From: an uncultured Verrucomicrobiae bacterium
Lineage (GTDB): Bacteria; Verrucomicrobiota; Verrucomicrobiia; Limisphaerales; JAFGQR01
NCBI GenBank assembly: GCA_963788655.1
Contig: CAWBHS010000062.1
Location: 137,287-201,286 of the forward strand
DNA length: 64,000 nt
Direction of reading: 5' to 3'
The notes under the pieces were generated by a model. The model did no database searches. It saw only the letters and a list, made by a program, of their open reading frames with translations, and had not been told where the DNA came from. The stretch's first letter is position 1; each line of letters opens with the position of its first letter. Positions 9,322 to 19,353 of the stretch are shown here, in pieces. Position numbers and translations under genes: made by a program.

Positions 9322-10125
9322 TCAGCTATTCTTCGTCAGTGGTTGGTCGTCGGCTGAGGGGACAAAGCGACCTGCTTCGAGCATCGCAAATTGTTTGGCA
9401 TGAGGACGCCAGGGCCGCAGATCGTCGCCGGTCACCACGACCGCCATGGGGCGGCCATCGGCAATCGGATGCCCGGCGGCCAGACGGGTGACCAGGTTGA
9501 CCCACCAAGCCGCGTCCGGCGGATCGAGGCTGCTGAGGGGACTGTCCAATAACAACACTTCCGGTCCCAGCGCCAGGGCCCGAGCCAAGCCGGCGCGTTG
9601 CCGGCGAGTGTGGCTCATGGTGCCCGGGTATTGACTGGCGCAACCCGTCAGCCCGGTCAATTCCAACAGCGCCTCGACGCGGGCGGCGCATGGTTCAAAT
9701 CGGCAATTGCCATGGTAGCGAATGGGCAGGGAAATGTTTTCCGCCACGGTCAAGTGGTGCAAAAGCTGGCCGCCGTCGAACACCAGACCAAGGCGCAGCC
9801 GGGTGTCCACGCGTTCCTGTTCGAAGCCGGTGATCGGCTCGATCCCAAAGGCGCGATACGTTCCGTGTGCGGGTGGCAGAATCCCGGCGGCCACCGCCAT
9901 AAAGTCGCTTTTGCCGGAAGCGTGCAATCCACCAATCGCCCAGAAATCGCCCGATTGGACCGACCAGTTGACTTCGACCAACACAATCCGCCGAGGATCT
10001 GTCAGCGCGGGCACGGCCACGTCCACCATTTCCAACAGTGGCCCGCCGGCTTGCGTGGCGCGGGCAGTCGTAAGCTCGTTAACGACCGGTGCGGGCGGGG
10101 AGGACAAGGGCGGGGTGGGGTCCAT
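9322..10125 (-). CDS. MlaF-like ABC ATP-binding subunit with degenerate catalytic motifs
   Basis: Walker A GLHASGKS, LTVAENISLP, RAGLARALA. ATG 10125 overlaps the mlaE stop (TGATG). Confidence 0.8.
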   Translation of the reverse strand: MDPTPPLSSPPAPVVNELTTARATQAGGPLLEMVDVAVPALTDPRRIVLVEVNWSVQSGDFWAIGGLHASGKSDFMAVAAGILPPAHGTYRAFGIEPITGFEQERVDTRLRLGLVFDGGQLLHHLTVAENISLPIRYHGNCRFEPCAARVEALLELTGLTGCASQYPGTMSHTRRQRAGLARALALGPEVLLLDSPLSSLDPPDAAWWVNLVTRLAAGHPIADGRPMAVVVTGDDLRPWRPHAKQFAMLEAGRFVPSADDQPLTKNS

Positions 10126-11144
10126 CAGCTCAATTGGTATAGGAAGATCAACAACGCATCGAACAGCACGCAACCGACTACGCTTTGGGCGGTGGCTTGG
10201 GTGGCGATCCGCGGCACTTCCTGGAGCCGCAAGGGTTGGGCCAGCCCGTGGTAACAACTCACCACGGCGATGATAAATCCAAACGTGGCGGTCTTGAGGG
10301 CCAGCAATATGAAGTCCAGACCGCTGAGCGCCGATGCCAGTTGCCGTACATAATCGCCGGGCGTTAGCGGCACATCCTGGATGAACGCCCACAAGTAACC
10401 GCCACTTAGCGAAACCAGGATGAAGTACACCGCCAGGGCAAAGACGCCGAGGGCCATACCAATGAGACGCGGCACAACCAGATAATGGATCGGATCAATG
10501 CCCATGACTTCGAGCGCTTCGATTTCGCCGATCGCGCGGGCGGTGGCCAGTTCGATCACGTTGCCCATGCCGGTACGGGACAGCACCAGAAGTGCCGCCA
10601 GCAAGGGTCCCAATTCGCGGACAACCACACTGACCATCACGGTGCCCAGATAGGCATTGGCCCCGACGCGGGTCATCAAGGCCACGGTTTGCCCAATGAC
10701 GACCAAGCCCAGCACCATGGCCAGGAAAAACACCATGGGCAGCAGCCGCACTCCCGAACGCGACAATTGAGTGATGACTAGAGGATGGATGACCGCGCGG
10801 GCCACGCGGTACTTCTTGGCCAGCACGCCGAGGCTGATAAACGCAAACGCAATCAAACCGTGAAGCGTGTGCAGCAACGCCAGGAGTTTGCGTCCGATGC
10901 GGCGTACCACCGTGGCGGGTACGCGCGCGGACCGGGTAACGATGGGACCCGGTTTGTCAGCCACGCTCGCAGTTCCTTTGATCACGGCGCTGAACTTAGG
11001 ACGCCGCCCAAAGCCGGTCAAAGCGGAATTTGGGGCGGCGGAATGTGCGGATTCCAATCCGTAAACCCGAATACCGAAGGCCGAGATTCCAAGGCGACTC
11101 AGCCAGGTAAAACTCCCGTGGACCGCATCTCTTTGATATTTCAA
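10125..11144 (-). CDS. MlaE-like ABC permease (true start probably downstream of 11144)
   Basis: VVVRELGPLLAALL, GEIEALEVMGIDPIHYLVVPR. Confidence 0.88.
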   Translation of the reverse strand: MKYQRDAVHGSFTWLSRLGISAFGIRVYGLESAHSAAPNSALTGFGRRPKFSAVIKGTASVADKPGPIVTRSARVPATVVRRIGRKLLALLHTLHGLIAFAFISLGVLAKKYRVARAVIHPLVITQLSRSGVRLLPMVFFLAMVLGLVVIGQTVALMTRVGANAYLGTVMVSVVVRELGPLLAALLVLSRTGMGNVIELATARAIGEIEALEVMGIDPIHYLVVPRLIGMALGVFALAVYFILVSLSGGYLWAFIQDVPLTPGDYVRQLASALSGLDFILLALKTATFGFIIAVVSCYHGLAQPLRLQEVPRIATQATAQSVVGCVLFDALLIFLYQLS

Positions 11145-11165
11145 AGCTGCGTTGCCAATCCCGGT

Positions 11166-12203
11166 TCACTGGTTTAAGGCTGGCGTGATCCCGACCAATT
11201 CCTCAATCACCAACTTCATGCCTGCCACGACACGTGCAGTCCGTTCGTAATCCAATTTTTCCGGCATGTCTTCGACGGTGTGATAATACGGATACCGGAA
11301 GGGCGCCGTGTCGGTGACCATCAAACCGGGGTAGCCGACCTGCCAAAACGCCCAATGGTCCGACCAGCCAATGCCCGGCAGCGCGGCGGGCAGCGCACCA
11401 CCTTCGCAGGGAAATTTCACCTGCCGCCGGAAGCAGGCCACGCATTGGCGGACAAGCTTCGCCGATTTGGTATTCCCCACTAAGCCGATGAAATTTCCCG
11501 TGGACGGATAGAAGAGTCCGATGGGAAACGGATATTTCTGGCTACCTTTTTGGTCCCGATAATACCCGATGGTTTCCAGGCTGATCATCGCCACGATATT
11601 GTCGTTACTGGCACGGCAATGCCGGGCATACACCAAGCTGCCCATTTGTTCGGTTTGGAAAAAGGGAGGTTCCTCGTTCGCAAAGGCAACGAACCGCAGG
11701 GTCCGTTCTGGTTGGCTGTGGGCGAATGCCTGGGCCAGGACCAACAAGGCCGCCACCGCGCTGCCGTTGTCGTTGGCTCCGGGACAGCCGCTTACGGAGT
11801 CGTAATGCGCGCCGACGACCACGATTTCCTGGGCACGTTGGTGACCAGGCACCACGGCCTCAAGATTCTCGCACCGTTCCTGCATGACTTCGAACGCCTG
11901 GCGGTTGACGCGGTAACCTGCTTGCGCCAGCGAGTGGTCCACAAAATCCGCGGCGGCGTGGTATTCTTTCGGGCGAAACACATTCCGTTCGCCGATGGTG
12001 CCGGCCAGCATTTCGACATTCCGCTTCAGCGCGTCGCGCCAGGCCGTCTCCTCGGGATTCAACGGCACCCTTGGCCCGGCGTAGCTTTTGAGCGGCATTC
12101 GCATCATCATAAACCAAGCGCAGAAAACCAAGATGCCCAGCACCGCCAGCAGAATGCTAACCCGCACCAAAGCAGCTTTGGTCACCAACTTGAATTTCGG
12201 CAT
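11166..12203 (-). CDS. M28 family metallopeptidase
   Basis: GAHYDS, GANDNGS, NEEPP, SDH and YYHT motifs; N-terminal TM segment. Confidence 0.9.
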   Translation of the reverse strand: MPKFKLVTKAALVRVSILLAVLGILVFCAWFMMMRMPLKSYAGPRVPLNPEETAWRDALKRNVEMLAGTIGERNVFRPKEYHAAADFVDHSLAQAGYRVNRQAFEVMQERCENLEAVVPGHQRAQEIVVVGAHYDSVSGCPGANDNGSAVAALLVLAQAFAHSQPERTLRFVAFANEEPPFFQTEQMGSLVYARHCRASNDNIVAMISLETIGYYRDQKGSQKYPFPIGLFYPSTGNFIGLVGNTKSAKLVRQCVACFRRQVKFPCEGGALPAALPGIGWSDHWAFWQVGYPGLMVTDTAPFRYPYYHTVEDMPEKLDYERTARVVAGMKLVIEELVGITPALNQ

Positions 12204-12360
12204 GGCGCATGATGGCCTTGCCTTCACTACGGACGCAATCGGATTCTGCGATTGTACCGAGGAGTTGCTCCGCGCTGCTTCCCTCCCATTTGCTCAAGCC
12301 TCGGTATGGTTGTTTTCCTAGTTGTGCGAATGGCCATTTCGTCGGCAAACTGATCCCCTG

Positions 12361-13322
12361 ATGAACAACCAACTTGATCGACGCCGGTTTCTCCAATACG
12401 TCACCCTCAGCAGTGCCGCCCTGGGCCTGCGCGGCGCGGGGCAATTCCCGTAGCGGCGGCCGATTCCCGCCGCCGATGGACCCTTTGTCTGGCGCCGGGT
12501 TCCATCGGCGTGAGAGCCGATCAGCAGCAAACCATCGCCCTGGCGAGCCAACACGGCTTCGAATCGATCGAGGCGTTTCCCCAGTTTATTGCCACGCTGT
12601 CGGCGGGCCAATTGGCTGACTTGAAAGCAGAGCTGAAGGCGAAGGCGCTGACGTTCGGCATGGCGGGTTTACCGGTGGATTTCCGCGGAACCGACGAGCG
12701 GTTGGCCGAGGGCTTGAAAGAACTGCCCCGGTTGGCAGGGGCCTTGCAACAGGCCGGGATCGAGCGGGTCACCACTTGGTTGTCGCCTGCCCATCGGAGC
12801 CTGGCGTACGCCGAGAATTTCGAATTGCACCGGCGCCGCTTGCGCGCGATCGCCCAAGTGTTGAAAGATCACGGCTTGCGCTTCGGCCTGGAATACGTGG
12901 GCACGCCCAACTCGCGCCGCGGACGAATTGATTTCATTCATAATATGGCCCAGACGAAGGAACTCATCGCCGCCATCGGCACGGGCAATATCGGGTTTGT
13001 GCTCGACAGTTGGCATTGGTGGACCGCCGGCGACAGCGAAGCCGACTTGCGTACCCTCAAAGCCAAGGACGTGGTGTCCGTGGACCTCAATGACGCGCCG
13101 GCTGGCCGGACGCTCGAACAACAGCTCGACAATCAACGCGAACTGCCCGGCGCGACGGGCGTCATTCCGGTGGCCAAGTTCCTAACGGCTCTCAAGGACA
13201 TGGGCTACGACGGGCCGGTCCGCGCCGAGCCGTTTAACAAGGTGTTAAACGACCTGCCCAATGACGAAGCCTGCGCTCGGACCATCCAAGCGCTGCGCAA
13301 AACAATGAAGCTGGTGGCGTGA
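12361..13322 (+). CDS. Tat-exported sugar-phosphate isomerase/epimerase (TIM barrel); frameshift near 12450
   Basis: MNNQLDRRRFLQ Tat motif in one frame; GLEY, LDSWHW, DLND and AEPF motifs in the 12510 frame. Confidence 0.82.
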
Positions 13323-13355
13323 CCGTTGAACCGTTAGCGATGGCGTGAAGCGTCG

Positions 13356-13620
13356 CTAGGGCAGGGGCTGCACCGCCCGGTAGTAGCGTTGGGGACCGCC
13401 CGTGGTCGGGAGGTTCGTCCTGATCATGCCAAGCGGCGAGTCGGCGCTGCGCAGGTTGGTGATGGTGGTGTCGGTCCACAGGGGCAGGTTCAGGTTGGAG
13501 GACTGTTGCCACGTGTAGCGCGCGTAGGGTTCTCCATAGAGTTCCACGTCAATCCCATTGGTCGCGCGGCCGATGGCCAGGGCGGAGGGGCTGATTACAT
13601 CCTTGCAACGCTTCTCCGAT
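13356..13620 (-). pseudogene. Orphan 3' gene remnant encoding a verrucomicrobial C-terminal module
   Basis: Reads ...LAIGRATNGIDVELYGEPYARYTWQQSSNLNLPLW...QRYYRAVQPLP* and resembles the C-terminus of the 2231-aa protein. In-frame stop near 13623 and no start codon at the module's beginning. Confidence 0.55.
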
Positions 13621-13914
13621 TGTCACGAATGCCCACGATCCGGAAAGCAGGGGGGACACCCGTTCTACCGGATAATTCTTGGGAAAACACAAAGGCAGGC
13701 GGAGGTAAGTGCGCATGCACGGTGTGGGGGACCGGAAACATCGTTTCCCGCTTCGACCAACGACCAACGATCAACTTAGCTCAGTTCACGCCGAACACGG
13801 CTCGCAAAATCTCCTGGAAGCAGACGGAATGGAGATGGGGTGGAATAATTGTGTCAATAACTATTTCGTATCAAACAAAGCGAGTATGTCCATCGGTTGC
13901 CGGGATGGGATTTA

Positions 13915-14046
13915 GAGCCTGTTTTAAAACTCCATCCGATCTGTAGCAGCCGACGTAAGGAGGCTCATTCTATTTCGGAAAACCGTGCTGCGTTCGCCAA
14001 GACTGAGCCTCCTTACGTCGGCTGCTACCATTTTTCAAACAGGCTC
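13915..14046. mobile_element. MITE-like element with a REP doublet inside
   Basis: 15-bp terminal IRs GAGCCTGTTTTAAAA / TTTTCAAACAGGCTC (14/15 match), TTA on both flanks, internal GTAG...CTAC pair. Confidence 0.7.
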
Positions 14047-14206
14047 TTAGCGCTGTCATCTCGCAACCGGGCAAAGTTGCAACCAAAGTTGTCGTCTTCG
14101 TCCCTCGTCCTTGAAATCGAACTACCGCGGACGACGACGACGAAGCTTCGTGATCTGCCGGGAGATCGCCACCCAGGAATCCGAGGCGGCTTAGACTTTG
14201 GGGATT

Positions 14207-15184
14207 CTACTGGTTGCGCCGCTGGGCCAGCACGGCGCCGCCAGTAATCCCGGCATCATCCCCCAGACTGCTGGCGCGGATTTCGATGCCTTTGGCGGTG
14301 CCACCCAGGGCGTGTTCGACTGCGGATTTGGAAATGATCGGCATCATTTCATCTTCGAGCGCTTCGATGATGCCGCCGCCCAGAACGACGATTTCAGGAT
14401 TGAACAGATTGAGCAAGTTGCCCACGGCCACCCCCGCGTAGGACGCAGCTTCGGCCACGACTTTTTCGACGAACTTGTCGCCGCGGCGGATCGCTTTGCG
14501 CAAGTCGCCGCTGCGCATGTCCTCCAGTTCCTTGCCCAATCGGTCGGTGAGAATGGTCTTCTGGCCTTCTTTCACGGCCGCCTTGATGCGCTTGAACATC
14601 GCCGTCCGACTGGCGAGCGCCTCGAAACAGCCATTGTTGCCGCAGCCGCATTTCGGGCCATGCACGTCGAGCACCATGTGGCCCACTTCCCCCGCCGCCC
14701 GATTGAAGCCGGCGTACGGTGCGCCATTGATGACAATGCCGCCACCGATGCCGGTGCCAATAAAGATGCCGATGGCCTGTTTGGGTTTGGCTTTGAGTTC
14801 AACTTCGTAAACTCCCATCATGCTGAGGTTGCAGTCGTTCTCCGCAAACACCGGCACTGCCAGTTCTTTCTCCAGGTTCTTCTTGAGCGGAATGTCCTTC
14901 CATTGGGGTAGATTGGGGGCGAAGATCACCTTGCCGGATTCGGAATCCACCGCCCCCGGGGCCCCGATGCCCACACTGCGAATGGACTTCAAGTTGAGGT
15001 CGCATTCATCCACCGCGTCCTTGATGCAACGCGCAATGCGCTGGATGACCGCGTCCGGACCGCGCTGGGCTTTGGTACTGATGCGCGCGGTGCCGATGCA
15101 CTCCATGGACGAGTCGAACACGCCGGCATAGATTTTGGTGCCGCCGACATCGACTCCGACATAATAGGTGGGGGATTCAGCCAT
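14207..15184 (-). CDS. ROK family sugar kinase (glucokinase-like)
   Basis: GVDVGGTK, ENDCN, GTGIGGG, GEVGH and CGCGNNGCFE zinc motif. Confidence 0.92.
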   Translation of the reverse strand: MAESPTYYVGVDVGGTKIYAGVFDSSMECIGTARISTKAQRGPDAVIQRIARCIKDAVDECDLNLKSIRSVGIGAPGAVDSESGKVIFAPNLPQWKDIPLKKNLEKELAVPVFAENDCNLSMMGVYEVELKAKPKQAIGIFIGTGIGGGIVINGAPYAGFNRAAGEVGHMVLDVHGPKCGCGNNGCFEALASRTAMFKRIKAAVKEGQKTILTDRLGKELEDMRSGDLRKAIRRGDKFVEKVVAEAASYAGVAVGNLLNLFNPEIVVLGGGIIEALEDEMMPIISKSAVEHALGGTAKGIEIRASSLGDDAGITGGAVLAQRRNQ

Positions 15185-15197
15185 GAGCGGGGATGCG

Positions 15198-15932
15198 TTA
15201 CTTGTCTTTGGCCAACACGGATTCAATCTTCCGTTTCAATTGCGCCGAGGTAGCCTCCACGGACCGGCTGCCATCCACGATGGTAAACCGGTAGGTCGTT
15301 TGCATGTGTTTGAATTCCTCGGTCAGCAGCGTCTGGTACTTGAGAAAGCTGTCGAACATGTCGCGGGAAAATCCCAAATCCATACCGCTTTCCCAGTAGT
15401 CCAACGCCGCGTTTTTGGCAAAATTGCGCTGCACCAGTTCCTCCGCCGGCACGTGCAGGTAAAATACCGCATCGGGCACCAGCGCGACCCCATAAAGGTT
15501 CTTCAGCCAGTTCTCATCCATGCCGCGGACAATGTCGCGCGCCATCAGGGTGTAGATGTAGCGGTCGGACAGCACCATGGCCCCGGCTTTAAGCGCCGGC
15601 AAAATAATGTTCTCCAACTGGTCCGCAAAATCCGTCGCATAGAACAAGCTCAGGGTGGTGTGGCTGAGGGTATTGCCGGTTTGCGCCAGCGCCAGTTCTT
15701 CACTGACCAGCGAGGAGCGCTTCAACCCGACCTGCACCGTGGCATGACCGCTGGCTTCCAACCATTCAACGAGCCGGGCGATCTGCGTCGAACGCCCACT
15801 GCCATCGGCCCCCTCCACCACAAACAGCCGACCAGCCAGCAGTTCGAGGTTCACCCCGGGGATCCCGTGTCCGTACCAGCGGCGGTGGGTGCGCCGGGGC
15901 AATACCACGCGCGTATCGAATTGGCGTTTCAT
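15198..15932 (-). CDS. Thymidylate kinase-like protein 2
   Basis: EGADGSGRST P-loop (Arg for Lys), ATDFAD, SDRY. Confidence 0.82.
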   Translation of the reverse strand: MKRQFDTRVVLPRRTHRRWYGHGIPGVNLELLAGRLFVVEGADGSGRSTQIARLVEWLEASGHATVQVGLKRSSLVSEELALAQTGNTLSHTTLSLFYATDFADQLENIILPALKAGAMVLSDRYIYTLMARDIVRGMDENWLKNLYGVALVPDAVFYLHVPAEELVQRNFAKNAALDYWESGMDLGFSRDMFDSFLKYQTLLTEEFKHMQTTYRFTIVDGSRSVEATSAQLKRKIESVLAKDK

Positions 15933-16691
15933 TCTCCGGGCAACTCCGGTTCCTGGTTTTCCATCCGGCCCAAGGGCCGCTCCCAGCGCGGTTGCGGGAC
16001 GGGCAAGTCGTGTTTGCGTTGGAACTTGGCCAGATTAATCCTCTTGGAAATCAGATTTCGCACCGTGGCCTGTTGCACTTCAATCGGCTGGTTGGCGTCA
16101 ATTACCAGAAAATTGAACTCCGGTACTCATGGCGAGATATTGCTCCAAAATGCGGCCCTGGAAAATGCGAAAGCTCTCGTACGGATCAGACGACAGGCGC
16201 AAATCCATGCCGGCTTCGAAATACTTCAGCTTGGGCCGGCCATCGAGAATGCGATTCAGCGAAACCTCCAGTTCGGTCTTGAAGAAGAACGTCAGATCCG
16301 GCAAAGCCGCGAACCCATAAATGCCGCGAACCCATTCCGTCCGGCATCCGCGAACCGTGTCCCGGGCGAACGCCGTAAAAATATATCGGTCACACAACAC
16401 GACATAACCGGCACGTAAGAGCGGCATCAGGTGCCGGTCGTAGCGGTCGGCAAAATCCGTCGCGTGGATCAAGCTGAAGGTCGTTGGAGTCAACAGTTCC
16501 CGCTTCTTGCCCTTGCTGGTGGCGGACTTGACGATTTCCGAAGAGTTCCATTCGCTGAAATAGACTTTGACCCCCTGCAATTCCAGCCAGCGCTTCAACA
16601 AAAACACCTGTGTGGACTTGCCGGAACCATCCAATCCCTCGACCGCAACGAGGCGCCCTGGAAAATTCAATTCAGCAAATGTCTTGAGCAT
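15929..16691 (-). CDS. Thymidylate kinase-like protein 1; extra base near 16121
   Basis: EGLDGSGKST, ATDFAD, CDRY. Removing one G restores ...EFNFLVIDANQPIE..., ending at a TGA that overlaps the next ATG. Confidence 0.82.
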
Positions 16692-17139
16692 TCTGGCCGG
16701 TAAACTAAGCAATGACGCCCAGATGACAATCTTTTTCGGTGACCGCCTGCTAACACTACAGCGACACTTTCGGAAGAACGCGCCAGGAGCGCGGCGTTTA
16801 CGTCACTTCACCGTCCTATCCAACTTAGCGCTGATTAGCTTTTGGCGCTTGAAGCGGCCTGAAGGCCGCGCGCCATTTTTTGGAATTGTCGCTGTCGTGC
16901 TAACTTGGATGTTTCACCCGCGTGGTAGCCGCCCACGCGAGGAGGTGGACTTGAAGCAGCCTCCCATGTTGAAACAAGAGTCCGTCAGCATAATGGCCAC
17001 CCAGGAGCGATGACATTGCTGCAAGCTCGAACGTGGTTACGCCTTTCAAGCCGACAAAACATCGAGCCTCCTGCTGCGGCAACTTCGCGAGTCACGACGC
17101 TGGGGATTACGAATCCGAGGGCTCAACGCTCATTCCATA

Positions 17140-17169
17140 AACAAAAAGGGCAGGCCAATCCGGCCTGCC
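17140..17169 (-). terminator. Intrinsic terminator of the prs-rplI operon
   Basis: GGCAGGCC/GGCCTGCC stem followed by a T run on the minus strand, just after the rplI stop. Confidence 0.75.
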
Positions 17170-17190
17170 AATTCTGATAAAGATTCGAAA

Positions 17191-17863
17191 TTACTCTTTC
17201 GTTGCTTTGGGAGCCTTGGTCGATTTGGCGGGCTTGGAAGCTTTTTCGGACTTGGACGATGTTTCGGAATGGGACGCCGCCTCGGTTTTGTCAGCTTGTT
17301 CATTGCGCGGGCTTCGCGGAGTGCGTTCGGTTCGGCCGCGCCCACCGCGGCGAGCGGCGGATCCTTTCCCTTCCTCGACGGTGGAAGGTTCAGGCGGTGG
17401 CAGCGGGTTGAGACTCTCGACGCGGACTTTGAGCGTGCAAGGTAACTTGCTGGTGCAACCGCATCTCGATATCAAATTCGCCCAACGTCCGAATCGGGTG
17501 TTCGAGGTGGATTTTGCGCTTGTCGAGAGTGATGTCGAACTGGTGCTTCAATTCATCCGCAATGGTCCCGGCGGTCACCGACCCAAACAGCTTGGCGTCA
17601 TCGCCGGTCTTCACCTTCACGATGCAAACCAGTTTGCCGAGGCTCTTGCCCAAATCGCTCATGGCGTTGTACTCGTGAGCTTCGCGTTCGGCCCGGCGTT
17701 TTTGCAGCGCTTCAAGCCGTTTCTTATTGGCCGCCGTAAGCGGAATCGCCAGCCCCTGCGGAAACAGATAATTGCGGGCATGACCGGCCGCCACTTTGAC
17801 ATGATCGGATTCGGCCCCAAGGCCCACGATGTTTGCGATGAGAATAACTTCAGTTTTTGCCAT
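17191..17863 (-). CDS. rplI: 50S ribosomal protein L9 with Lys/Ala/Ser-rich tail; frameshift near 17441
   Basis: VKVAAGHARNYLFPQG, KLFGSVT, PIRTLG; continues as TLKVRVES in the shifted frame. Confidence 0.93.
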
Positions 17864-17919
17864 AGTAAAATCGTTGAGTTTGCAGCAGAAATTGTCTTGG
17901 TCGGAACTTCGGGTTCCCT

Positions 17920-18384
17920 TCAAAACGGAACGTCATCATCCATTGGTGGACCGTCCGGTTCGGGCATCGATTCGGGCGCGGAAGCCGGGGCGGGATTGGC
18001 CGCCGGTCGGGGACGTGCGGCCGGCGCGGCGCCGGGTTCGGCTGTCCGCTGGCCGCCATCGAGGAACTGGAAGGCTTCCAGCACCACGCCCAAGCGGCTG
18101 CGTTTCTGATTCGTTTGCTTGTCTTCCCAGGTGTCGTAGCGCAGCCGCCCTTCGATCAGGATTGGCCGGCCTTTCTTCAGATACTGGCCAATGACCTCGG
18201 CCTGGCGCCCCCACGCGTCCACGTCCACAAAGGTCGTCTCTTCCTTGGTTTCGCCCGTTTCGCTTTTCCACGAACGATTGACGGCCAGCCCCAGCCGCGC
18301 CATCGCGGTGCCTTTGGGCGTGTAGCGCAATTCCGGATCGCGCGTCAGATTGCCCACCAGAATGACTTTGTTGAAATTGGCCAT
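17920..18384 (-). CDS. ssb: Single-stranded DNA-binding protein
   Basis: NKVILVGNLTRDPELRYT start; C-terminal DDDVPF. Confidence 0.97.
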   Translation of the reverse strand: MANFNKVILVGNLTRDPELRYTPKGTAMARLGLAVNRSWKSETGETKEETTFVDVDAWGRQAEVIGQYLKKGRPILIEGRLRYDTWEDKQTNQKRSRLGVVLEAFQFLDGGQRTAEPGAAPAARPRPAANPAPASAPESMPEPDGPPMDDDVPF

Positions 18385-18410
18385 GGGACGGGTAAGGGAT
18401 GGCTATGGTA

Positions 18411-18718
18411 TTACTTGGCGGCGGTTGCGCCCAAGTTCGCCTGCGTCAGCATGACGCGAAAGACATCGTCCTTCTTGGCGAACTGGTTGCGCAGTCCCGG
18501 CACCGCCGACGCCGGGGCCTCGAAAATGACATTCACGTAAAAACCTGAGGTGCTTTTCTTGTCGGCCACCCGGGCGAATGGACGCTTGTCCATCTTCTGC
18601 GTGGTTTCCACTTTGCCTCCCGCCGCCGCGATGTCCGCGGTGACATTATCCAGAATTTCCTTCACTCGGTCATCCTGAACGGGGCCTCGAGTATGAACAA
18701 ACCTTCGTATCGTTTCAC
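18411..18718 (-). CDS. rpsF: 30S ribosomal protein S6; one base missing near 18683
   Basis: GTG start MKRYEGLFIL joins KEILD...GFYVNVIF...VFRVM; located before ssb. Confidence 0.9.
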
Positions 18719-18733
18719 TCTGTTACCTTAATG

Positions 18734-19320
18734 TTAAGTCGTAATCACACCGTTAAATTGATTCATCGCCTGCGCCACACCCCGCGCAGCCAGCAATCCA
18801 TCTGGTCGCACGCGCGGTCCAGCACCTGTTCCAACAACCCGGTTTCCGCCGCGTTGAACCGGGAAAGCACATAATCCGTGATTTCCCGCCGGCCCGGCTC
18901 AGCTCGGCCAATGCCCAACCGCTGCCGGGCGAACTGCCGCGTGCCGAGCCGTTGTTCAATCGATTCCAAGCCATGATGCCCACCACTGCTGCCGCGGCTG
19001 CGCAGCCGAATTTCCCCCAGCGGCAAATCCGCATCATCCACCGTGACCAGCATCCGGTCGCTGGCCAACTTGTAAAAATCCGCCACGGCCCCCACTGCGT
19101 CACCACTGGCGTTCATGAACGTCTCGGGCCGGCACACCAGCACCCGGTGTTCGTGGCATTCCCCCCAGCCAATCCGGGCGTTGAACTTCTTTTCAAACAT
19201 CCAATTGACCCGCCGGCGTTCGGCCCAGCGTTCCACCGCTCGGAATCCGGCGTTGTGGCGAGTAAGCTCATACTTCCGGCCAGGATTGCCCAATCCCACA
19301 ATGAGATACAAGTTCTCCAC
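18734..19320 (-). CDS. pth: Peptidyl-tRNA hydrolase; frameshift near the C-terminus
   Basis: LIVGLGNPG, TRHNAGF, TFMNASG, GGHHGL; AMNQFN lies in the shifted frame. Confidence 0.95.
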
Positions 19321-19353
19321 GCCGGATCATCCCACCACGGCGCCCGCCGGCCG

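Noticed and set aside
13851..13862. Exact 12-mer GTGTCAATAACT shared with 35962-35973 upstream of the transposase
   Set aside because: Twelve-base matches are expected by chance in 64 kb, and it contains a reverse-strand TTGACA -35 box; no further similarity seen.
16713..17130. Small ORFs (16567-17013, 16900-17082) between the tmk-like gene and rplI
   Set aside because: No recognisable motifs and the region contains repeat fragments; not supportable as genes.
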